Of a stretch of 64,000 nucleotides of DNA, positions 1-10,247 are shown in pieces. How positions within the stretch are numbered: the stretch's first letter is position 1; each line of letters starts with the position of its first letter. The DNA is taken from positions 7,518-71,517 of the forward strand of contig JAPKFC010000001.1 of NCBI GenBank assembly GCA_028821785.1, read 5' to 3'. Source of the stretch: Candidatus Poseidoniaceae archaeon (GTDB lineage: Archaea > Thermoplasmatota > Poseidoniia > Poseidoniales > Poseidoniaceae). The notes beneath the pieces are model-generated. The model had not been told where the DNA came from, made no database searches, and worked only from the letters and a program-made list of their open reading frames with translations. Both the position numbers and the translations under genes were made by a program.

Positions 1-48
1 GCCGTTGTTAGGTGAGGTTCAAAGGCTGGAGACATCACCGCCTAATTG

Positions 49-1728
49 GTGAAAACTATGGCTGATGCTGAGGAAGGTCGTCTAGAACGTCTAACTGGGA
101 TGTTAAAGCGCCGTGGAATCATTTTACCCGCGTTTGAAATACACGGCGGAGCAAAAGGCTTGTATGACTTTGGTCCCGTTGGCGGTCGCCTTAGAAATAA
201 AGTCAATCAAGCATGGCTAAATCATTGGATTTCTATGGGTAATATAGTGGAGTTATCTTGCCCTACAATTACCCCATATGCTGTTTTGGAGGCTAGTGGT
301 CATGTGGGAGAGTTTTCTGATTTCATGACCAATTGTAACTCATGCGAAGAAGCCAGTAGAGCTGATACAATTCTTGAACCGCATCATGCTAATCCAGATT
401 CCCTCACAAAATCCGATTTACAGCAATTACTTGGCGATGTAAATCCTCAGTGTCCTTCTTGCGGCGATAGTGACTGGAGTCCAATAGTAGCTCAAAATTT
501 GATGTTTAACACTACCATTGGAGCAGGGAAATCTGGTAGACCAGGTTTCCTTCGTCCAGAAACAGCACAAGGTATGTTCACATCATTCTCTTCATTATAT
601 CGACATAACCGCGAGAGATTGCCATTCGGAGCAGTACAGGTTGGAAAGGGATATAGAAATGAAATCAGCCCTCGCCAAGGTATGATTAGACTTAGAGAGT
701 TTAACATGGCTGAATTAGAATATTTCATTGACCCAGAGGTTGATCTAGAGCATGACTTCTCGCAGTGGGCATCTTTACAGATGAATTTGCTATCAGAAAG
801 TGATGGCGAAATAATAATGTCGATTACTGATGCAGTTGCTAAAGGAATAATCCGTCACCCAACGGTTGGAATGTTCATGGCTAAAACATTTGATTTCCTA
901 ACCAATATTGGGATTGATAGTTCCAAGTTAAGATTTAGACAACATCAAAGCGATGAGATGGCTCATTATGCATCCGATTGCTGGGATGTGGAAATACTTG
1001 GCTCATATGGGTGGGTTGAATGTGTTGGAATTGCTCACAGAGGTTGCTATGATCTTGAAGCGCATGAAAAAGCAACAGGAAAAACACTTCGAGCACGTCG
1101 CGAATTTGCCCAACCAAAAATCGTTGAGATTGATGGGTGGACTACCGATGGAGCAACTGCGGGCCCAGCGTTTAGGGCGCTAGCAGGTGCTGTCAAAAAG
1201 GCTGTAGAACAATTATCTTCTACCTGTGAATTCCCTACTCAAGTAACTTTGGAAAACGGTGAGTCGGTAACTGTTGACTCGGCGCATGTAAAGCGTGTTC
1301 AGAGAACTGAATCGATATCTGGTGAATGGTATATTCCACATGTTGTAGAACCTGCTTTTGGTATTGATAGAATAATTTGGCACTTACTGGACCATGCTTA
1401 TGATGAATCTGGAAAAGATGGTGAAGAATACGTTACTCTGAGATTGAATGAATCGATTGCACCTGTTGATTATTGTGTATTCCCTCTATTTGAGAAGGAT
1501 GGTATGGGAGAATTAGCAAGGGATATACATCGTTCACTATGTTCCAAATTTGGAACTGTTTCAATCTATGATGCCAGCGGTTCAATAGGAAGGCGCTATG
1601 CGAGAGCAGATGAAATTGGAGTTCCGATTTGCATTACAGTTGACCATCAATCACTACAAGATAATACAGTTACACTAAGGGATAGAGATAGTGGCAAACA
1701 ATCAAGAATTTCCATCTCAGAATTGTGA
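49..1728 (+). CDS. glyS: Glycyl-tRNA synthetase (archaeal/eukaryotic alpha2 type)
   Basis: YDFGPVG, LRPETAQG, YRNEISPRQGMIRLREF, EPAFGIDR and C-terminal SIGRRYARADEIGVP anticodon domain; start is GTG 49 or ATG 58. Confidence 0.96.
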   Translation: MKTMADAEEGRLERLTGMLKRRGIILPAFEIHGGAKGLYDFGPVGGRLRNKVNQAWLNHWISMGNIVELSCPTITPYAVLEASGHVGEFSDFMTNCNSCEEASRADTILEPHHANPDSLTKSDLQQLLGDVNPQCPSCGDSDWSPIVAQNLMFNTTIGAGKSGRPGFLRPETAQGMFTSFSSLYRHNRERLPFGAVQVGKGYRNEISPRQGMIRLREFNMAELEYFIDPEVDLEHDFSQWASLQMNLLSESDGEIIMSITDAVAKGIIRHPTVGMFMAKTFDFLTNIGIDSSKLRFRQHQSDEMAHYASDCWDVEILGSYGWVECVGIAHRGCYDLEAHEKATGKTLRARREFAQPKIVEIDGWTTDGATAGPAFRALAGAVKKAVEQLSSTCEFPTQVTLENGESVTVDSAHVKRVQRTESISGEWYIPHVVEPAFGIDRIIWHLLDHAYDESGKDGEEYVTLRLNESIAPVDYCVFPLFEKDGMGELARDIHRSLCSKFGTVSIYDASGSIGRRYARADEIGVPICITVDHQSLQDNTVTLRDRDSGKQSRISISEL

Positions 1729-1761
1729 ATGTTGAATAACCATCGGTGATGGCTGTATATT

Positions 1762-3288
1762 ATGGGTGAAGTGAGCGATTGGACTGAACGTCACCGCCCA
1801 GTCTCCGAGAGGCAATTGGAGGGCAATGAGGTTCAACGCCGTAAAATCCGTAAATGGTTGGACGATTGGCAATCTGGTACTCCGAATAAAAAGGCGCTAC
1901 TGCTTGTGGGGCCACCAGGTGTTGGGAAAACAAGTGTTGCAAGAGCAGTAGCAGCTGATATGGGTTGGAATGTAATTGAACTCAATGCATCCGATGCCAG
2001 AAATGCTGCTGCAATAAGAAAGGCTGCAACCCAAGGTTCGACACATCGTTCTTTATTCCACGATCCGAATGAAAAAAACCAAAGGACTTTGATCTTACTA
2101 GATGAAGTAGACCATTTATCTGGAGGATTAAGAGAGGTTAGCCAAGAAAAATTAGAGAAAGCGATGATGGGAGATGAAATTGCAGGTAAGGCAATAACAT
2201 TCAGTGGTGATTCTGGAGGTAAGGCAGAATTGTTGAGATTGCTAGATGCCACCATGCAACCAGTGATTCTTGCATGCAATGAGGAGATGGGGTTGTGGGG
2301 CAAAGGTTCCACCTGGAGAAGTACTAGGGACCGCTTTTCAAAGCATTTACAGAAAATAATATTTGAGAGAGCTAGTGATGAAGCCCTAAGAAGAATTGCA
2401 AAAAGAGTATTGCGCGAAGAGAAAATTGAATTCGATGATTCGGCAGTTGAAGAACTGGTTAAGGCCAACCCAGGTGATCTGCGAGCATTAGTTCGTGATT
2501 TGCAGGTTGTTTGTGTTGACAAAGAAGTAAAACTGACTACCGATATTATCCGCATGCAAATCGCTGCAGGTCAGAGAGATATTTCGATTGAAATATTCCC
2601 TGGACTAGATAATTTGTACAGGAGCCGGACAGCCGAAGAAGCATCATCTATTTCTCGTACTATAGATAAATCTCCAGATGATTTGATGAATTGGGTGCAT
2701 TGGAATAATGCATCTTTATTTACTGATTTAAAAGGGGTTGTTAGAGGTGCCCGTTCCTTATCACAAGCAAATAGAATGTTCTATGGAAGATTCTTAAATA
2801 CAGCACATCGTTCTACTTATTGGTGCTCAAATTTGAGCGCTTTATCTGCTAGTATTGCTAACCCTACACCTCTAAGCGGGCGTATTTTCGCATCATACCC
2901 CAATTATCTCCGCCGTGGTAGTTCATACACACGTCCAACGATTATCAACAGATTGGCGAGCACCTGTGGTGCAAATAAATCAACGGTTAGAGAAGAAATG
3001 ATGCCAATATTGTCGGCATTAATGTCGGCTGAAGAAAAAGTTGGTGACCCTTCCGACTTCACCATCTCATTGAGTCTTGGCTTTACTGCAGAAGAACATG
3101 CTTCATTAGCCGGACTTCCATTATCACGAAGGAGCACAAAGGACTTGATTGCCAATTATAATGAAAGCCAAATTAAGTTGCTAGAAAAGCGTGATGAAAT
3201 CCAGCCACTACCTCAGATTGAGCAGCAGGTGGCTAAAGAAGAGGAAATAATTCAAGAAAAAGATCCGGGTCAAACTAAATTATTCTGA
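1762..3288 (+). CDS. rfcL: Replication factor C large subunit
   Basis: N-terminal WTERHRP, Walker A GPPGVGKT, IELNASDAR, Walker B LLDEVD, C-terminal PIP-box-like QTKLF. Confidence 0.92.
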   Translation: MGEVSDWTERHRPVSERQLEGNEVQRRKIRKWLDDWQSGTPNKKALLLVGPPGVGKTSVARAVAADMGWNVIELNASDARNAAAIRKAATQGSTHRSLFHDPNEKNQRTLILLDEVDHLSGGLREVSQEKLEKAMMGDEIAGKAITFSGDSGGKAELLRLLDATMQPVILACNEEMGLWGKGSTWRSTRDRFSKHLQKIIFERASDEALRRIAKRVLREEKIEFDDSAVEELVKANPGDLRALVRDLQVVCVDKEVKLTTDIIRMQIAAGQRDISIEIFPGLDNLYRSRTAEEASSISRTIDKSPDDLMNWVHWNNASLFTDLKGVVRGARSLSQANRMFYGRFLNTAHRSTYWCSNLSALSASIANPTPLSGRIFASYPNYLRRGSSYTRPTIINRLASTCGANKSTVREEMMPILSALMSAEEKVGDPSDFTISLSLGFTAEEHASLAGLPLSRRSTKDLIANYNESQIKLLEKRDEIQPLPQIEQQVAKEEEIIQEKDPGQTKLF

Positions 3289-3292
3289 ATAT

Positions 3293-4918
3293 TCATTCTT
3301 TATCTTTGGATGGAATAATTCTTCTATACAAAGCGACAGCAGATCGTTCTGTCAAAACTTTTTCTTCCTTCTTCCATGTTCTTGGATGTAATAAAATAAC
3401 AGCGGTTAGTAATTCCAATCGTCCGAACCACATCAGCACTGATGTAATTAGTAGGGCACCAAAATTCATCTCTGCCCAAGTATTAGTCGGGCCAAATTCA
3501 CCAAGCGCTGGTCCAGTATTACCTAATGATGATGCTACAACTGAAATTATACTTTCAAAGGATTCATTTGGCATACATATCGCCAACAATACACAAGATA
3601 TTGCAAATAGACCAATCCATACAAACAACATACCTACTATCAGGCCAAGTTGATGTCTTTCAACAACTTCACCATTCATTCTAATACGATCTATCCTTCT
3701 TGGTTGTCCAATTCGTACAATTTCACGCATTGCTACTTTGAAAGCTAGATTAATTCTCAGTAATTTCAATCCCCCACTTGTAGAGCCAGCACAGGCACCA
3801 ACAATCATTAGTGTCAGGAATATTATTTGTGTAACAATCGGCCAAGCACCATAATCAGTTGAAGAATATCCAGTAGAAGTTCCAATGGAAATGACATTGA
3901 ATAAACTGTATCTTAATGAGTTACCAAGAGATATCTCAGTAGCCATTAGAGCTAATACCATTGCACATATTGCAACAATCAAATACACTAGATAATTTTT
4001 AAATTCTTCATCTCCAGATGTTCTTTTTAATTCCCTCATACAAAATAGCCAAATCAGTGTAAAATTCACTCCTGCAATAAACATAAAGATGATGATAATA
4101 CCTTCAATCGTCATAGAATCATAATATCCTATACTCGCATCTCGTGTTGAAAATCCACCAGATGCAACAGTTGTAAGTGCATGATTAACGGAATCGAATA
4201 ATGTCATACCACCCACAAACTTCAGCAATAGCATTTCAACAATTGTTAGCACAATATACAAACTCCATAATGCTAATGCAGTTTGCTGTAATTTAGGTTT
4301 CAATCTTGATAGAGATGGTCCAGTTAATTCAGCCCGCGCTAGTGCCATTCCTCCACCAATTATTCTTGACAATACCATCATTCCAAGCATGATTATTCCC
4401 ATTCCACCAAGCCATTGTGTTATTGATCGCCAAAGTAGAAGTCCTCGAGGTTGTGAATTAATACAATCCATCGGACCAGGAATACAATTAGGACTCATAT
4501 TGTGTGAAATAACAGTTGCTCCGGTCGTAGTAAATCCAGACATTGATTCAAACCATGAATTGATTGCACCGCGCGCAACATCTACAAAAGATGCGCCATC
4601 AGTAAATGGTCCTACGAACATTCCCCCAAGCCAAAATGGTAAACTGCCTATCAAAACTGCTAATGGCCAAACTAGTGCTACAGCAGCAAAGGCTTCCTTA
4701 TCCCTTAGTCTCTCGCTAGTATTGGTCCTTGTCCAAAGAGTCAACATGGAAATTCCAATAGTCAAAGATATCATACTCGGTATTGCAAAAGAGATTATTG
4801 CTAATTCAATATTATCTAAAAAAGCAGTAGCGATACCTGATGCAGCAAGTGGCAGCGCTAACGCAATTAGCGTCCACCCCAATATCATACTTAGTACATC
4901 AGTTCGCATTACAATCAT
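3293..4918 (-). CDS. trkH: Trk potassium uptake membrane subunit
   Basis: FESMSGFTTTGAT, QWLGGMGII, SGGFS, GSTSGGLK, GNTGPALG, GRLE motifs; multiple TM helices. Confidence 0.93.
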   Translation of the reverse strand: MIVMRTDVLSMILGWTLIALALPLAASGIATAFLDNIELAIISFAIPSMISLTIGISMLTLWTRTNTSERLRDKEAFAAVALVWPLAVLIGSLPFWLGGMFVGPFTDGASFVDVARGAINSWFESMSGFTTTGATVISHNMSPNCIPGPMDCINSQPRGLLLWRSITQWLGGMGIIMLGMMVLSRIIGGGMALARAELTGPSLSRLKPKLQQTALALWSLYIVLTIVEMLLLKFVGGMTLFDSVNHALTTVASGGFSTRDASIGYYDSMTIEGIIIIFMFIAGVNFTLIWLFCMRELKRTSGDEEFKNYLVYLIVAICAMVLALMATEISLGNSLRYSLFNVISIGTSTGYSSTDYGAWPIVTQIIFLTLMIVGACAGSTSGGLKLLRINLAFKVAMREIVRIGQPRRIDRIRMNGEVVERHQLGLIVGMLFVWIGLFAISCVLLAICMPNESFESIISVVASSLGNTGPALGEFGPTNTWAEMNFGALLITSVLMWFGRLELLTAVILLHPRTWKKEEKVLTERSAVALYRRIIPSKDKE

Positions 4919-6324
4919 ACCTTGAATCGCTTTTCTAATTCTGCAACTCTATCTGGATTACAGAACATGGTTAATCGGTCACCTTTGATAATTAACTTGT
5001 CAGGAGAAGGTCTCATATTTTCCCATTTGTTAACACTGACTCTCCTTTGAATGAATGCAATTCGCATCCATTCAGGGAAATTTGCTTCAGATATTTTCAA
5101 TCCACAGAATTTTGCAGTTTCCTTCACTGGTAACGATATGCCGATAATCTCTGGAATCGTTGACAATAATGCATATGCACCAGTAGTTTTTGTATGAATT
5201 AGGGCTAATAAGTTATCAACAGCCACTCGTTTCATATCAACAGCAAAGGTAATTCCCATACGTTGAGTAACCTTGACTAAATCAGCATCGTGCAGCATTA
5301 AACCGGTCCTTTGCACACCCATGTCACTAGCCAATAATGCTGCTGCGATACAAGCGTGATCATCCGCTAATGCAGCAATTGCAATATCATGTTCAGAAAT
5401 ACCAATCTCCTTCAACATTTCTCTGTCTAAGTGGTCACCATGAATTACTTCAATATTCTTATTAGCTCCAGTTTTTGTTCCTGAAAAATCATTGGCTGTT
5501 TGTAAATTTCTTTCAATCATTGTCACCGAAGCGCCAGATGAGAGCCATTTATCTGCAACTCTCTGTCCAATCTTATTGGCACCAATAATTGCTACCTTAG
5601 GTGCAGAAGGGAAGTTTTTTGGCTGATGTCCAAAGATTTTCAAAATATGGTTGAAACTTGAAGTTCCAGTGGTAGCGACAGCGATTTTATCGTTTGGAAC
5701 GAGGACGAATTCACCGTCAGGAACGATACTCTTCTCACCTTCTCGCTTGACTCCAATAATTAGCGGCAATTCTCCATCAATGTTTTGAGCGGCTTCTTTT
5801 AGACTCAGGAAAATAACGTCCGTTGCATCATTAGTAACATCTAATTCAATGACGAATGCATCATGTCCGAAAGGTATCACTTCTTCGATACCGGGAGTTC
5901 TCAAACCTAAATGTAGGCGACCTATTGCACCATCTAGTGGATTTACAACATGGTCTACCTTTGCCCACTCTGTCAAATATCCTTGTTCTTGTTCCTTGAC
6001 ATATTTGTTATCTCTAACACGACATATTGAGAGTAAATTTTTACCGCCTAATTCCTTGCTGGTATGTTCAGCCAAGATACATGCTAACAAATTCCTCTCA
6101 TCAGAATTAGTTACAGCAATAAATACCTCGGACTCTGCTATCCCAGCCTCAATCAATTTTTCTCTTGATACAAAGTCACCATGTATGACCAAAGCATCTA
6201 GATTTTGAGCATTTTTTACTGCACGGGAATCTGAATCTACTAGAACTACATCCAAATCTTCTGCTCTCAATGCTTTGGCCAAATCAGTACCGACTCTGCC
6301 AGCACCACCTATTATCACTCTCAT
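4915..6324 (-). CDS. trkA: Trk potassium uptake NAD-binding regulatory subunit
   Basis: MRVIIGGAGRVG Rossmann motif, two RCK units, overlaps trkH start by 4 nt; start re-set to ATG 6324. Confidence 0.9.
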   Translation of the reverse strand: MRVIIGGAGRVGTDLAKALRAEDLDVVLVDSDSRAVKNAQNLDALVIHGDFVSREKLIEAGIAESEVFIAVTNSDERNLLACILAEHTSKELGGKNLLSICRVRDNKYVKEQEQGYLTEWAKVDHVVNPLDGAIGRLHLGLRTPGIEEVIPFGHDAFVIELDVTNDATDVIFLSLKEAAQNIDGELPLIIGVKREGEKSIVPDGEFVLVPNDKIAVATTGTSSFNHILKIFGHQPKNFPSAPKVAIIGANKIGQRVADKWLSSGASVTMIERNLQTANDFSGTKTGANKNIEVIHGDHLDREMLKEIGISEHDIAIAALADDHACIAAALLASDMGVQRTGLMLHDADLVKVTQRMGITFAVDMKRVAVDNLLALIHTKTTGAYALLSTIPEIIGISLPVKETAKFCGLKISEANFPEWMRIAFIQRRVSVNKWENMRPSPDKLIIKGDRLTMFCNPDRVAELEKRFKV

Positions 6325-6328
6325 ATTA

Positions 6329-7891
6329 TCACCTAAATGTTTCAGGGTACATTTTAACCTGATATGTTCCACCTGTTAATTCCAAATTGGAACCAGTAGC
6401 ATAACTTCGTTCTCTTTCAATTCCGCTCGTTTGAGTAACCGGATGATAGAAATTATTCAATTTTGTCGCAGTTTCATCTGCTTCTTCTACCCAATCGATA
6501 TATCCAGTTGGTGTATTCAATAGCCATTTGTTGTTAACGACATCGACAGCACCATTTACGAAGCAAGAATTGCGTTCAATATTATTTTCATCACACCATT
6601 GATCACTCATTGGTAGCTGAATGTAGCCCCATGCATGCGCCTCCCAATTAACGTAGTTGGCATCGGTCAATGCACCGAAGACAAACCAGCCTGGTATTCC
6701 TTTGACGCGAAGTAGGCTGAGAAATGCATTGGTTTGTTCATCGCAATCGCCTTGGCCATCATTAAGACATGAAGGACCACTTCTTGCAACATTAGGAGCA
6801 AATTTATCATAAGCAATATTTTTGTGAAGGTAATCAAATGCAGCCCTTGAGAATGCGTAAGCGTTATCTTGTAATCCTTCAGGTAAATCTGCGCTAATTA
6901 ATTCTACAGTCGATAAAACAACTTCTGCCTGTGAATTGATAGCATATCCTGCAGGTGAACCTCTGTCATACCATTTATCATCTGTAAAATCATAGAACTT
7001 TCTACCATTATCTCTACTTGGGATGTCGGAGAATCCCCCACTATTATCAACATTGATTCCCAAATCCTTTCCTGCAATCCTTGAATCCACCCGCATATCG
7101 TTATGCCATGAATAAGATGTTGAATGAACTCCAACTGAATATGTGAAACTGCTAGATTCACCTGGTGCCAAATTGACTAATACCTTGACACAATTGCTAA
7201 CAGAACAAAAATCAGCACCAGTTCCAACGCCAGGCCACCAGATTTCATGTCCACCAGAAGTAACTAATTTCTCAGAAGCAGATCTAATTGGTAAACCGGT
7301 AGTGGGAACAGGATAATTTTCATTTCCAAAAGAGATGCTAATGGCAGTTGTCATTTGAATTGAATTTGGAGATTCAGACGGTGTGCCATCAGTGTATTCA
7401 AACCCATAAGCAGAACCTTGTGCAGAACTAACAGCAGGAGGGATTGCTAAATTCTCTACCAAGTACCCTTGTGCTCCAGAATTTGTTATGTATACTGTTT
7501 TTTCCAGTGTATATGATGCCTCAACCGGGTATAGGTGATATGGCGAAACAGCATCTTGGATGTATTCTTGGACGCCAGCCCACTCAGCCAATAGATGCTC
7601 TCTAGCCTGTGGAGATAGCATGATGAAGGCCACCAGTGATAACATTACAAAACTTCGAAAACGATTCTTTCTTCGTTTTAAGATATTTTTAGATCTTCCA
7701 GCATGAGTATGAACCATGCCTTTTTGAGTAGGTTTTGGAGTCATTTTGTACGAAGATGCCAAGCTTCCCTGATTGAATTGTTGCTCAAGCCTAAAATTAC
7801 TTGATTTCATATTGGCAAGAACACGACCACATGAATAACAGATTGAATCTCCCGATTCAGTAGTTGCTTTGCAATAAGGGCAAGAACCCAT
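6329..7891 (-). CDS. Membrane-anchored transglutaminase-like (Cys-His-Asp) domain protein with N-terminal zinc ribbon
   Basis: CPYC..CYSC at N-terminus, one TM helix, GDCDEQTNAF..LRVKGIP..HAW transglutaminase core; start likely ATG 7891. Confidence 0.8.
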   Translation of the reverse strand: MGSCPYCKATTESGDSICYSCGRVLANMKSSNFRLEQQFNQGSLASSYKMTPKPTQKGMVHTHAGRSKNILKRRKNRFRSFVMLSLVAFIMLSPQAREHLLAEWAGVQEYIQDAVSPYHLYPVEASYTLEKTVYITNSGAQGYLVENLAIPPAVSSAQGSAYGFEYTDGTPSESPNSIQMTTAISISFGNENYPVPTTGLPIRSASEKLVTSGGHEIWWPGVGTGADFCSVSNCVKVLVNLAPGESSSFTYSVGVHSTSYSWHNDMRVDSRIAGKDLGINVDNSGGFSDIPSRDNGRKFYDFTDDKWYDRGSPAGYAINSQAEVVLSTVELISADLPEGLQDNAYAFSRAAFDYLHKNIAYDKFAPNVARSGPSCLNDGQGDCDEQTNAFLSLLRVKGIPGWFVFGALTDANYVNWEAHAWGYIQLPMSDQWCDENNIERNSCFVNGAVDVVNNKWLLNTPTGYIDWVEEADETATKLNNFYHPVTQTSGIERERSYATGSNLELTGGTYQVKMYPETFR

Positions 7892-8038
7892 ATCTTTTGG
7901 GCTAAGCGGGGGTTGTATAACCATTGCTAGCGGAAAGCCCACAAAAGCCCTTATTTGCTATGAATTGACAATACACCGAATTATTATTGGCAAGGCACTT
8001 AGTAGATACTTACTTACTTAGAGTGATTGGGAAATTAT

Positions 8039-8803
8039 TCATTCTTCTTCATCGAGAGATTTTTTGGACCGCTTTTCTCTTTCATTTGAGGCCCAAATTC
8101 TCCTCAATCTACGCCTTGCCGGTTTGGGGATAGATGCCCAAACCCAATCCTCTATTCTCGGGTCTACAATCATCATCATCGAGCCAATAAAAACCCATCC
8201 AAATGGGTTGGCAATTGAGTAGGGAATCATGACCAATAATCCAATTCGCCAAGTGGTCGATCTAAATACAGCCCCCCATTTTCTTCCATTTAGCATCATA
8301 AATCCTTGATGAGCGGTAATCATTGCTTCACATCTTGGCATAATTACTGCAATGGCTGCAACAGTTAGTAACAATCTTGCTGAAAAGAGAGTATCCTCAT
8401 TTTGTAAGAACCTGAAAATCAAAACCATTGATGTCATTCCACCGATTGCTAGACCCAAAGCCCATCCACTGGTTGGATGTGAACCACCCTTTCGCACCCT
8501 CTCTCTTCGCAGCAACATATGGACAGTTACCGACAGTAGTATGGTTATAATCAACAGCGAACCTGGATTAGGGACTCGAGCGCCTTCAATTTCTGCTATA
8601 AGCTTAAAATATGGATCAACTAATGAACTATAGTAAGTGGTTGCATAAACCATTCCAATAATGATTCCCCAAAACATTTGATTCCAAGCAGTTGGTAAAT
8701 CATAAAATCCAGAATACTTTGTCATCACACCTCTCCAACCGAGAGTCATACCAATTAGAGATACGAATGTTGCTACCTGAAACAACAAGTTCTCACTTAG
8801 CAT
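8039..8803 (-). CDS. Hypothetical multi-pass membrane protein
   Basis: 254-aa ORF with about 6-7 hydrophobic helices and promoter-like TTGAAG at -30. Confidence 0.7.
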   Translation of the reverse strand: MLSENLLFQVATFVSLIGMTLGWRGVMTKYSGFYDLPTAWNQMFWGIIIGMVYATTYYSSLVDPYFKLIAEIEGARVPNPGSLLIITILLSVTVHMLLRRERVRKGGSHPTSGWALGLAIGGMTSMVLIFRFLQNEDTLFSARLLLTVAAIAVIMPRCEAMITAHQGFMMLNGRKWGAVFRSTTWRIGLLVMIPYSIANPFGWVFIGSMMMIVDPRIEDWVWASIPKPARRRLRRIWASNEREKRSKKSLDEEE

Positions 8804-8938
8804 AATCTGTCGCAGAAGAGTTCACTTCTTCAATCAATTGATGAATCTGCCTCCATTAGATGACTTTGCAAGTTAATTGCTCGAAGCCGTTGTATGCTAT
8901 GCGTATCTTCAAGCGTAACCTATTGTTGGCAAGATTAT

Positions 8939-10186
8939 ATGGCACGATTGTTATTGTTTGGCGGCAAAGGTGGAGTCGGAAAAACGACCACTTCATCAGC
9001 AACTGCAGTTTGGCTTGCAGATTCAGGTTTGCGAGTTTTGTTAGTATCTAGTGACCCTGCGCATTCCACTTCTGATTCACTAGGAGTGAATATTGGAAGC
9101 AAAGTAACACCAATAGAGGGTGTTGATGGTCTATGGGGCCTAGAGATGGACCCAGAGGCAAAGATATCGGCCCTATTACCAAAAGTAGGTTCAGCGATGG
9201 AAAAAATGAACTCATCCGGTGGTCTTGGTAGTTTGGGTATGATGTTAGATCCTAAGGCCAAGGATGAGATTAAGGACATTAAGGGTGAAATAAAGACATC
9301 CGACATGGTAATCCCTGGATTGGATGAAGCAATGGCATTTGATGAGTTACTGCAACATGTAGAAGATCCAAATTGGGATGTGATTGTATTTGACACAGCT
9401 CCAACTGGACATACATTGAGATTTTTGTCACTGCCGGAATTAATTGAAGCGTGGTCTGATAGACTAATTCGCATGATGAGGGTTTCTGGAGGAATTCGTT
9501 CAATGATGTTTGGCAAAAAGGAAAGTGATGCTATGAAAGAGGAACTTGAAAAATTCCAACGTCGAGTCTTACATGTAAGAAGAGTCCTTTCCAATGATGA
9601 AATTACTTCCTTTACTTTGGTCACTATACCTGAAAGAATGGGTGTCAATGAAACAATTCGCGCTAAGAAATCATTACAAGAATTTAATTTACCCATTGGA
9701 GGTTGCCTAGTAAACAGACTAACTCCGGAATTCGACCATCCATTCCTAAAGACTAGGAGAGATGCTGAATTAGAAATAATTGAAGAGTTGAAAGAAAGTC
9801 TTGGAGTCGATGTTTCTTGCATGGAATTGTTTGAAACAGAAGTAGTAGGGATTGAGAGGCTAAGAGAGGTAGGGCAATACTTGTATGGGCCTATTGTGGA
9901 GATAGATAGTGGTTTAGGGCCTCATTCTATAGGTTCAGTTTTACATCATGAGGTCCATAGGGGAATGGTTAAAGAATTAGGCGAAGGTGTTGAAATAATA
10001 TTTTTGCACTATCCTGGAATTAAACGTGAAGAATTATCACTGCGAAGCGAAGAAGGAGTTCTTTTTGTTGGACTTAATGGGAGAGAAAAAGAAGTAAAAA
10101 CATCAGTTTCTACGAAAGCAAGCCAAGTAAATGCAAAATTAGAAGGCGATGTCCTACGACTTGAAATTCCTCTTAATGACCAATAG
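8939..10186 (+). CDS. ArsA/Get3-family ATPase with C-terminal Hsp20-like extension
   Basis: FGGKGGVGKTT, SSDPAHS, PGLDEA, FDTAPTGHTLRFL; C-terminal ~80 aa ending VNAKLEGDVLRLEIP. Confidence 0.88.
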   Translation: MARLLLFGGKGGVGKTTTSSATAVWLADSGLRVLLVSSDPAHSTSDSLGVNIGSKVTPIEGVDGLWGLEMDPEAKISALLPKVGSAMEKMNSSGGLGSLGMMLDPKAKDEIKDIKGEIKTSDMVIPGLDEAMAFDELLQHVEDPNWDVIVFDTAPTGHTLRFLSLPELIEAWSDRLIRMMRVSGGIRSMMFGKKESDAMKEELEKFQRRVLHVRRVLSNDEITSFTLVTIPERMGVNETIRAKKSLQEFNLPIGGCLVNRLTPEFDHPFLKTRRDAELEIIEELKESLGVDVSCMELFETEVVGIERLREVGQYLYGPIVEIDSGLGPHSIGSVLHHEVHRGMVKELGEGVEIIFLHYPGIKREELSLRSEEGVLFVGLNGREKEVKTSVSTKASQVNAKLEGDVLRLEIPLNDQ

Positions 10187-10247
10187 AGAATAATTTTCCA
10201 TCACTCAATAGGCATGGGTTGAAAAGTGGCGGCTTTCACGCTAAGCC

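Noticed and set aside
8939..10186. Arsenic resistance operon
   Set aside because: No arsB/acr3/arsC/arsR nearby and no evident metalloid-binding Cys set
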